DNA from: Octopus sinensis
Taxonomy: Eukaryota
Length of the DNA stretch: 64,000 nucleotides
Direction: 5' to 3'
Assembly: GCF_006345805.1 (NCBI RefSeq)
Contig: NC_043012.1
Span: 20,646,001-20,710,000 of the forward strand
The translations under genes were made by a program, and so were the position numbers. How positions within the stretch are numbered: the first letter of the stretch is position 1; each line of letters opens with the position of its first letter. Below the pieces are notes generated by a model that saw only the letters and a list, made by a program, of their open reading frames with translations, ran no database searches and was not told the origin of the DNA. Shown here in pieces: positions 53,636 to 64,000 of this stretch.

Positions 53636-54630
53636 AAATTCTCGACCACATTGCTACGAATGATACGCAAGACTACCCATCACAGCAGTCCACAAACTCG
53701 AACCCTTTTCAATCAAAAGCCATTCTGAACATTCTATTATATCTTTACATTTATTCTTTACATCCCTACATATACACCACAAATCCTGCCTCATTAATCT
53801 GCTGGTGAACTACTAACGCACACAAGAAAGCCAGCATCATCTTGCCACTCATATCAGCCAAATATGTATCTTATTAAACTGGACCGCTTTATGCGGACTG
53901 AGGATGTTTCTTCTGCAATAAGGGGTGCATTCAATTCCATTTCATCATCTCCTACTCTGTAGGGAGCAGTGCAGAAGTACGCCGAAGGGATAGTTGTCCT
54001 AAATAAAGCTTTCAGTACAGTCTTCCGTATTAATTATTTAGAATATATGTATGAGTGTGTGTGTGTGCGCGCGCAATGCATCTATTAGTTGTTGTTTTAT
54101 TATCGTTGCTTTTCTAATTTTTTTTTTTGCGGGGGGTTATTGTTGATTAACCTCATATTGTCCCTTATCTTGCTCAACGCTGGTAAAAATCCCGTCGTTT
54201 TTAAAACATGAATTACACCGAAATGCCATACTCCATATATTTCTTCATTCCTTTACGACAGTACGATGTGATTTCTGGTTGATTTCACTATTGTCTCTTG
54301 CAAGTGTAGCGATAACTCAGACGCTTCTTCTATTTGTGTTGTTTAGTTGACAGTACAGAAGTCAACAACACCTCCTCTCCTGTTATAAACTTTCTGTGGA
54401 AGGACTTTAACGTCAATTAAATTTACCCAACACTTTTATGTAAATCTTTCATGTTCTAATTGGTGCCGGCAAAGACTATCACCTGTTTTTGTCTGATTAC
54501 TTGATTTTAAATTACAGCTTCTATTATTGCGTTAGGATTTTGCAACTGATTTTTGCCGAGACCACACACGTAAGATTCGATAAATCTCTACTGGAATAAA
54601 TTAAAATGTCTCTTCCCTTCACACACTTAC

Positions 54631-54705
<75 letters not shown>

Positions 54706-54832
54706 ATCTATCTATCTATCTTTTCCCATCCACTTAAAAAAGTTTTTTTTTGTTCCTTTTCGAGCGACCCAGACATTTTCTTCAATGGACAAAACAGTAT
54801 TTTTCGCAGCTAACAACAAACTTTATGTCTGG

Positions 54833-56096
54833 CAGGTGTGTTCAAAAATATGCGACTTAAAGTTTACGCCAAAATTCATACTACGTGGCAAAATCCTTTG
54901 GGTGGGAAGTGACACCACCCTTCCGGCACATGCAAGAATGTTTTCACATCGGTAAATCGCTTCGGTCGTCCCCGTCTGTTTCGCCTACAGTACAGCTTTG
55001 TAGTACGCGCTCATCGGATTTCACTTCCACACACATTGACTGACAGTTTCGAGTAGAGATATTGCATCAAGTTTTGCCAGAGGTGTGGTGAGGCTCAGGC
55101 TAAAGCCATCCAGGAGGCTCTGTAGGCTGGTGGCAGTGAAGTCATGAGCAAAACCCTGATCAAGGAGTGATGCAACCGCTTCAAACGTGGCCTCATCTGA
55201 GAGCAGAGTGAAGCACGTTTAGGCAGGCCATCCACCAGCCGAAACGAGGAGCCGATTGAGAAGGTTCGACGAATATTCATGGAAGGCCGTCGTGGAACAA
55301 TCCAGAAAATTGCTCATGAATCGGGAATGATCACAGCATCATTGAATTCCATTTTAATGAAGGATTTGTGTATGTGTAAAGTGTCGGCAAAATTTGTCCA
55401 CAATGTGGAGCCGCAACAGCAGAAGCAACTCAGCATGGAAATCGCTCATGAGATGATGGACTGTGCAAAGCACGACACAGATTTTATGACTATTATCCCT
55501 GGTGATGAGACAGGTTTATTGTTACGACACAGTCCACCGAATGGAAGCATCCATCATCTCCAAGGCCCAAAAATATACGATAGTATCGCAGCAATGTGAA
55601 GGTAATGTGGCTCCGTTTCTTTCCCTCTTGTGGTGTTGTGCATCATGAATACGCACCGCAAGACCAAACAATCAACAAGGAATGCTACCTGGAGTCTATG
55701 CATTGCTTTCGCGAAAGCATCGAAAGCGGCCGAACATGTGGGCGGCGAAGAATTAGCTATTTCAGAACGACAATGCACTGCTAATCAGGCCCACATAATT
55801 CAGGTTTTTCTGTTGAAAAACAACCCCACTCTACTCCCTACTCTCCCGACTTAGCGCCATGTGACGTTTGGCTCTTCCTTAATCTGTAAGACACGCGGAA
55901 AGGGCAGCACTTTGAGTCGCAAGAAGAAATTATGGAGCTCGATAGCCATCTAGATTTACCAGCCGTAGCAGAACTGCGAGAAGTGTATGAATTCCCAAGA
56001 GGTGTATTTTGAAGGTGACTAAATAAAATTTTCAAAATATGGTCAATTGTACTGTTTACTTTGCTCAAATTTCGCATAATGTTTGAAAGTACTTTG
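54833..56096 (+). mobile_element. Decayed full-length mariner element
   Basis: Contains RYCIKFCQ, GRPSTSRNE, CKVSAKFV, IIPGDET, GVVHHEYAPQDQTINKECY and PYSPDLAPCDVWLF across frameshifts; degenerate TIRs caggtgtgttcaaaaatatgcga and tcgcataatgtttgaaagtactttg. Confidence 0.88.
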
Positions 56097-56705
56097 TATT
56101 GAGTTAACTAAAACGTACCTAGAAAACCTGCAAATAAGAAAAAGTAGTCATCGTACCTAAAATTTTGACCACATTTTCTAATGAATTCATTCTTAAAATC
56201 TCTCGTGCAACACTGTACAATCAAATCGTTTCAAAAATATTTGCAAGGCAACACGTCAAGATGTCATATGGAACTCAGCTACCAGCATGCCAATTTAGAA
56301 TTAAAACAGCATTATTCAATAACATTTACCAACATAGACCAGCACTTGTTTCATTGGTAACGGACGCATTCCTTTGTGCATATGTATGACTCTATTCGAT
56401 ATATAATTTTTTCATCCCTTCAGAAAATCATAAATAAAACTAGTAGAATCTATGGAGAATGTAAATTTATGTTCTAGAAGCAAGCACAGATAAGGAATAG
56501 AATCGTAGACTATTGTCGGCATAATATTAGATAAGAAAATACGTATATGGACAATAATGATACTAATAGAATGCGCAAGGAAAAATAATGTACATAGAAA
56601 CAATGTTGAAAGAGACTTTTTTCAGGCACACTTCCCCATGTATGTGTGCGCATGAGTGTTTGTATTAATGGTATATATAAATGTGTGTATGTGTGTATGG
56701 TGCTC

Positions 56706-56749
<44 letters not shown>

Positions 56750-56764
56750 CACACATATATATAT

Positions 56765-56828
<64 letters not shown>

Positions 56829-56830
<2 letters not shown>

Positions 56831-56946
56831 ATAAATATTAGGGAATAAATCCAAATTTACAGGGAAAAATCAGATTTAGGATTGAATCCAATTCTATAGT
56901 AAAATATTATATAATATTAATAGCTGTTTTGTCTCTGATTAATATT
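56829..56946 (-). repeat. Internally deleted relative of the 476-bp palindromic unit
   Basis: The minus strand reads aatattaatcagagacaaaacagctatt (left-arm start) joined directly to aatattatataatattttactatag..ccctaatatttattat (right-arm end plus tail), flanked by (TA)n. Confidence 0.85.
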
Positions 56947-57558
56947 ATATATATATATATATGTGTGTGTGTGTATGTGTGTGTGTGTGTGTGTATAGTT
57001 AATCCAAAACAAACGGAAATGAAACCCAAGAACAAAGCAACAACGCGAGGACCTGGTACATGCAAAGTATTAATAAGACGCTCAGGGAAGGAAAGAAAGG
57101 CTGCTTTACGTTTCGAGTAAAGCTCCTTTTCAGAAAAAAAGGAGACAGAGCAAATTCTCTGTGCCCTCCTGACTATGAAAGTGAGTGAGTTGATCGCAAG
57201 GGAGATCAGATTCAAATCGTTGGATCATGAGATCAAATTTCGGAATACTCGCCACACTTTTTTCCTTGAATGTGTAGAAATAATTTCATAATGCGCCTCT
57301 CACCATATCTATAAATTAGCATGAATTATATCGTTACGCAGCGACAAATTGGCGTTCCCTTCGTAGGGTAGTTTTGTATTTTCAAAAATATTTACAAGTC
57401 GAGAGGACTTAGACTAGTTACCACCTAAGGAGAGTGTAGGCTCGTGAGTAACAATTCACACTGACAATCATCAACATATAGACGCACATATATTTCTCTT
57501 TATATATATATATATATACAGCCGCTGTATATATATATACAGCCACTCCTACATAAAT

Positions 57559-57720
57559 AGGAGTGGCCGTGTGGTAAGTAGCTTGCTTACTAACAACATG
57601 ATTCCGGGTTTAGTCCCACTGCGTGGCACCTTGGGCTAATGTCTTCTACTATTGTCTTGGGCCGACCGAAGCCTTGTGAGTGGATTTGGTAGACGGAACC
57701 TGAAAGAAGCCCGTCGTATA
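57559..57720 (+). mobile_element. tRNA-derived SINE, family A, 5' half
   Basis: aggagtggccgtgtggtaagtagcttgcttac..gattccgggtttagtcccactgcgtggcaccttggg..gaaagaagcccgtcg. Confidence 0.88.
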
Positions 57721-57744
57721 TATGTATATATATATATGTGTTTG

Positions 57745-57775
<31 letters not shown>

Positions 57776-58361
57776 TTGTGTGTGCGTGCGTCGATATATG
57801 TATCAATATGTTTAAAAATGTGAGTAACAAAGACTAAAGTAAACTATCCTGGAATCTACGTTTCGTAAATATTATACGCAGTATTTTTAATATAAAGTAC
57901 ATCTCTGAATGGCTAAGCTGGGTCATTTCAGTACCAGTTTCATTCATTGAGACTTGTTCATCTCTTTATATGGAAAACGATTAAATTGTGGAAAAATTAA
58001 ATGAAAAGATTAAAAAAAAACTATTTCCATAATATTCAAATACAAGGGGCATTTTCCTTGTTTCTGCTTTTCTCTGTCTCTGTTTTTTGTTACTCTTGAC
58101 AAGATGGACGATGGAAGATAAGAGAGTTTTTATTGATAACGATCATTGGTTCGACACATCTGGAATCATTATTGCTTTACTTTACATTGTGGAACAGGTA
58201 TATATAAAGATTTGTATCTATTTCTCACTCGATAAGACACAACGGCACCGCCGGATGCTCCTGAGCCAGTTGTTAAGTATTCCACCTGGGAGGGATCGAT
58301 GCTAACACCTCCGTCTCTCATTTACAAGATGTGTGTGTGGGAGAGAGAGAGACAGACACAA

Positions 58362-58680
58362 TGGCCCAGTGGTTAGGGCAGCGGACACACAACCGTAGGA
58401 TCGTGGCTTCGATTCCCAGACCGGGCGTTGTGAGTAGGGTGACGAACCCTTCTGTACTCTTTCACCACAACTTTCTCACACTCTTTCTTCCTGTTTTTGT
58501 TTTACCTGTATTTCAAAAGTCCAGCTTTGTCACACTCTTGTGTCACGCTGAATCTTCCGGAGAACTACGTTAAGGGTACACGTGTCTGTGGAGCGCTCAG
58601 CCATTTGCACGTTAATCTCACGAGCAAGCTGTTCTGTTGATCGGATCGACTGGAAACCCGTTATCGACGGAGTGCTACGT
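58362..58680 (+). mobile_element. tRNA-derived SINE, family C
   Basis: tggcccagtggttagggcagcggac..ggcttcgattcccagaccgggcgttgtgag, near-identical head to 23151. Confidence 0.85.
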
Positions 58681-60252
58681 TGTATATATACAGCTTCACT
58701 GTAAATTGAAGAGAGCGTTCCCACATTTTGTTGGATTCATTGTTTTTGTTCCTTTTAATGAGTCGTCCAGAATGTGAATTTTTCCCCGAATGTGATTTTC
58801 TGCAGGGTATTTAATTACCTTTGCAGAGGCTGATAAATCAGTATTGCAAAATGGATATATTTTCTCGATATCTAGATATTTAGATTGTTATATATATATA
58901 CATTAAAAATCGTATATAAATATATATACACATCAATCCGCGTTATTTAAACAAATAAACGCATATACACATATACACATACACACACACACATATATAT
59001 ATATATACATACACGCACACACAGGAAACCCATACACGCGTGCAGATACACGCATACACACACTCATATACACATATATATAAGGTAGCGGAGTGGGGAA
59101 TGTGTGTAATACAGGCCATACATCAGGCTATGTCTAACCTAATAGCCTCAAATACATAAATACCTAGATGAATACCTAGATAAATAATTATGTAGGTGTA
59201 GAATGGAATGTGATGTGAGGGGTGGGGACAGTAGTTACATTTACAACGATTTTCAGATGTTTTGATTAAAACTTCATTCTGTCTATAGCTATAAATCATT
59301 AATGGCCTTTTGTTATCTGTGAGCTTCTGTTTCTGTTTAACTTTATCTTTTTTTGTAATCTTAGTAATATAATTTTTGTTTTGTTCACAAGAAAATCGAT
59401 TAAATGCTTTTCTTTCATTTTCCTTCACATTGTTTATTTTTGGTGTTGTGTAAGTTTTTTCGTCTAATTTTATTGGTTGTTTTATAATAAGCTCTCTTGA
59501 AAACATATGAACATATTTATTCCTATACAACCTACACCCAAACGTAAAACTCACCGGGTTAATGAATATTCAAACAGATTTAAGTCTACCAATAACAATT
59601 AATCGCATTTTATATCACCGTATATTATTTCCCTAACTTGATAGATAACATAACTCTCCCTAATTAATTCATTTTAGGTGAGACATTTTAAAAGTCGAAC
59701 ATAATATTCTGGAGTTCATAATTACAATACTCTACCTCAGCCTGCACGTAACAAGATGGCAGAAATGGTAAAGTGTGCAGAATGCAGATGGACGCTAACA
59801 CGGTTTATTTTAATCACCTCTTCCTCTTTAATTTCGAATACCCTGTAGATGAAATATATACACGCATATTCATCAATTACACGTAAAAATAATGGGATTT
59901 CCATTACAAATATATGATACAGTGACAATGTACTTTATGTCGTTATTCATAGATTTCATACCGTTTGGTCAAGCTGATGAGATAGAGTTTTGTCTTTTAT
60001 ATTCCGGCGGATCTCAACTTTCAATAATGATCTATATGTGTCTATTGCCAATGTAGCAAATATTCCAGTTGATCCACAGTATGATGATGAATTAGCTTTA
60101 AAGAAAATATCATTCCTGTAAGCACAAGGAATCCACTTTAATCAACAATTATCAGTTTGTTTAATATATGAGAACAAAGTAACATAATTTCTGCTATAAA
60201 ATATTAAATAACTAGATATGGCTATTCCAACTATGCTCTACTGTTCATTATT

Positions 60253-60415
60253 TACATTATTTACATTTGACGGATATTTGTCCTCATCTTGTTTCTTGAT
60301 ATACTCTGCAGCCTTCATCGGGTGTCTTGGGGAAATTTCGAACGTGGGTTCTCATTCTTAAGGTATTTTTCAATGTTGTTGTTGTTGTTGTTATTAATTA
60401 TTATTATCATCATCA

Positions 60416-60476
<61 letters not shown>

Positions 60477-60967
60477 CATTATTATCATCATCATCATTGC
60501 CTTTGCACAGCGTCTGACACTGTAGATATACTAAGGTGTCAGCTGTTCACTACCAGGGAAGTAAGGTAACGCCTCTTATTCTTCGAGCACCTTCCTAAAT
60601 TTTCGGGCGGTTCCAAGCAATGCTGCTGTTTTCTGCAAATGCTCCACCCTTATTGCAGCCCCTATTTATTCCACGTACCTCTCGAGATTTTTGCTCACTG
60701 TTCCCAGGGTTTCGACAATTATTGGTACTACTGCTACCTTTTTCATCGACCACAACTGCTTAACTTCCCAAGCTAGCCTGTCATATATCTAGACTTTTCT
60801 TTCTTCCTTATCACATACCTTGCTGTCAGCTGGGCAACCTATATCTACGATCCAGCATCGTTTGCTTTCTTTTTCAATTAAGACTATGTCTGGCTTCCTA
60901 TTCTCTATTTCATGGTCGCACTGAATCATAAAATGCCATAAGATTATTATTATTATCCTTATTATTA

Positions 60968-61022
<55 letters not shown>

Positions 61023-61036
61023 CATTATTATTATTA

Positions 61037-61102
<66 letters not shown>

Positions 61103-61240
61103 CGGTCACTGCTCTTAACCACTATGTCATATGCCCGTGGGCATATGACACCTGGTGGAGGCTGGAGGGTATACCAGTTGAAATGTTGTGTTAACATCAA
61201 ACAAGATGAGGACAAATATCCGTCAAATATGAATAATGTA
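60253..61240. mobile_element. Fold-back element with degenerate hammerhead motifs, interrupted by a Dong fragment
   Basis: 60253-60326 and 61147-61240 are inverted repeats; a small internal palindrome tgtcatatgccc-gt-gggcatatgaca lies at 61125-61150. Confidence 0.75.
60496..60945 (-). mobile_element. R4/Dong 3' end (restriction-like endonuclease domain plus 3' UTR) inside a (TTA)n tract
   Basis: ILWHFMIQCDHEIENRKPDIVLIEKESKRCWIVDIGCPADSKVCDKEERKV is the PD-(D/E)xK RLE motif region; (TTA)n lies on both sides. Confidence 0.92.
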
Positions 61241-61521
61241 CATAATTCCTCATCTCTTAGATATAGAACTGTATGCTCTAGTGTTGTTAAAGATCTCAAT
61301 GGAACTCTGAGGCCTAGAGAGTATGTTCCATACATGGTAGGGAACTCAAACGTTTCTAGAGGGCTGGCTTTTCATAGAAATTTCTACATTCATTGCTACA
61401 AGACCCGAGAAACATGGATTTCGGGAAACCGATACGACAAAGCTGCCGACTTTTCGCAGATCTCCCTGACAAGATGTACTTAGTCTGTCAGCCACAAGCG
61501 GAACCGCCACAACAAAACAGC

Positions 61522-61558
<37 letters not shown>

Positions 61559-63058
61559 AATATTGCAAATACATGCTGTTGGGGAGTTTCAAGGAGTTCC
61601 CTTAAATATACCGGCATTGTGTTTGATCTTCTAGAACTGCTTGACGGAGAACGTCCAGCGTTCACAAACTGAACCCCCAAAGGTCTCCAAGCTGCAGAAT
61701 ATAAAACAAAAATGCTGCTACCGTTGTGAAGATATGTTCGCTCCCAAACCGAAATCAAGAAGTACATCACTTTTTCGCTCATGCCCACAAGATATATAGA
61801 GGCGAGCCAAACTATATACTCGTTCATATACATGCGCGCACACAAACGTACATATATTTATTTATCCATGTGGCACGTATAGACAAACCAAAGTATACAT
61901 ACCCACTCTGTACGGAAAATTATTCTTACCGATCCGTACATATTAGACTCATGATGAACACACTAACCCTGAAAGAAGCATTCTCTTTATAGACTATACG
62001 GAAACACATAAAACACATCTAACTCATACGATCAGTAACACAAGCTTCTCCTATTGCTCTTGTTCATACGATATTGCTTTTTATCCTATTAACTTTCGGT
62101 CATTAAATTCAGTAGTAATGTTCAACATGAACAGAAGCAGACCGAAATACAATTCTCCATTGAAGTAGAAAGGTACCAATGTATAATCTATGAAATGTTA
62201 TAGACAATCATATCAAGCAGCTTTCTGAAGTTGGTAACCATTCACTTCCCAACTTCACAGGTACTAAAAGAAATATTTTATGTATATATTGAAAAATGCC
62301 TATACCTTTTTTGTTAGTATGTACATATAAATCGGGAACAATTACACCCCTACATTACATAATTACTTCATACTGAATACACAGTTAAAAACACAATATT
62401 CTTCACTCTTGATGCAAAATTACTGTTCAATATTTTGAATAAAGAAAAGGTGACGTTAGACCAATGGCTGATACGGAATAGATGCATATCTGGTTAAGAG
62501 AAAACTTCGTCAAAACCCCGTTATACACAATATATCCATTCATTCGATTGCAGACGCAAACGTTTCTTTATTCTCCTGAAAAACGTAATACCATACAATG
62601 AAGGTTGGATTCACGAACAATATCTCAAAATTGAAAAAAAAAGGTTAAATTGTAATTCTCCTTTACCTATGAATATCCAGATTAAGGCGATAATGCATTT
62701 TCTATGTTTTGAATCTGCTAAAAATCCCTATGCCTGTTAGATTTTATTTACTAACTGGTTATATGAAAATTTGATGTTTAAATTTCGGGAGAAAGTAGAA
62801 AAAAAAACTTTTACCCATACAGTGTTAAAGAAATGGTGTATCGACAAGTGAGCTTAAAACTTATTCTTCGTGCAAATAAGCAAGCTAATTGTCTCCCAGA
62901 ATGAGTTCTAGCGATAAATTCACGAAAATAAGTTTTGGAGCTGGGATAATAATTTAACGAAATACGTTGCGGTATAATATTGCTTGTCTCAAAACTTCAA
63001 ACATGACTCCGATTTTTTATTAACAACACAGAATTGACCAAACTCATACAACGTATAG

Positions 63059-63099
<41 letters not shown>

Positions 63100-63676
63100 A
63101 CCGTTTGTGTGTATGTATGGAAATTTAGTAGATAAGTCAGAGTTTTGGTACAGGTTTGTCTCTCCGAAGGAAATTCAAGCCGGTAGAATGGCGATCGAAG
63201 TTTTAAAAATGGGAAAAATGAGGAAAGCAGAAAAAAACAAACAAAGCCCTTTGTATTCAGTTTCTCCGTGAATTGACCTTAAAATACAACAGAGAAAACT
63301 TAAATGAGAAGCAGGGGGACTAGCACAGAGTGGTCTTTCAGGATGGCATTTAATGTAAAATCAATATAGTGAACTAAGTGGATCAATGAATTTTACAAGA
63401 TGAGCAAAAGGGGTACGTACGCCGATATATATATAACACCCCACCAAAAAAAAAGAAAAAAACGGAAAAAGAACTTAACAGACGACAATAAAAAAACATA
63501 CGGACAGATTGTCTATACAAAGACGGACAGGAAAAATCAGGGCGGATCATTCCTGGCCCCCTATACGTTATGTCTTAGCATATATTCTCGTGCCTACGCA
63601 CACACACACGTCACACACAAACTATTACAAACTCACAAACATGTCTCTCTCTTTCTCTCTCAATATACATATACAC

Positions 63677-63724
<48 letters not shown>

Positions 63725-64000
63725 TATATATATATGTATATATATAAATACATACAAATTTACATGTGTGTATGCGTGTGTATGTGTGTATCAATATATC
63801 TACATACGTATATCTATACACACATATATGCATGCATGTATATATTTATATATGAATATATGTGTGTATATACACAAAGAAAGAGAGAGACTCCATTTTG
63901 TCACTAACCTATTCACACACGACAGATGCCCAAACGCCAACCTGCAAGTACGTATAATTCTTCTACTGGACAACAAGGGGTGAAATCTTCAGGTGGACGA

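Noticed and set aside
59123-59554. 143-aa minus-strand ORF
   Set aside because: The strand is A-rich and T-poor, which suppresses stops; it begins at a gtgagt donor-like site; no recognisable motif.

Overview
AT-rich, microsatellite-saturated eukaryotic DNA that reads as intronic or intergenic animal sequence. The SINE and LINE complement looks cephalopod (Octopus-like), but that is an inference from repeat style only. I found no confidently identifiable host gene, rRNA, true tRNA or CRISPR array, and most listed ORFs are translations of (TA)n, (TTA)n, (GT)n or (GTA)n tracts. Identifiable content is mobile DNA: five R4/Dong-type non-LTR fragments, RTE and CR1/L2 fragments, Penelope-like (PLE) remnants, five mariner-derived pieces (one near full length, D,D34D), a hAT MITE with an 8-bp TSD, and many copies of about three SINE families. 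The most striking structure is at 40830-42257: three tandem 476-bp units, each built around a near-perfect, spacer-less ~331-bp palindrome. Each arm carries a minimal type I hammerhead ribozyme (HHR) motif, giving six HHRs, three per strand, with predicted cleavage sites 476 nt apart on the + strand. Related fold-back or HHR-bearing elements from several sequence families occur at about 22.6-23.0, 43.6-43.8, 46.3-46.4, 56.8-56.9 and 60.3-61.2 kb; the one at 22.6-23.0 kb encloses a Penelope RT fragment. A degenerate 33-bp minisatellite of about 36 units (32262-33422) and a few weak exon candidates are also noted. All alignments and folds were done by eye; boundaries of degenerate elements are approximate.
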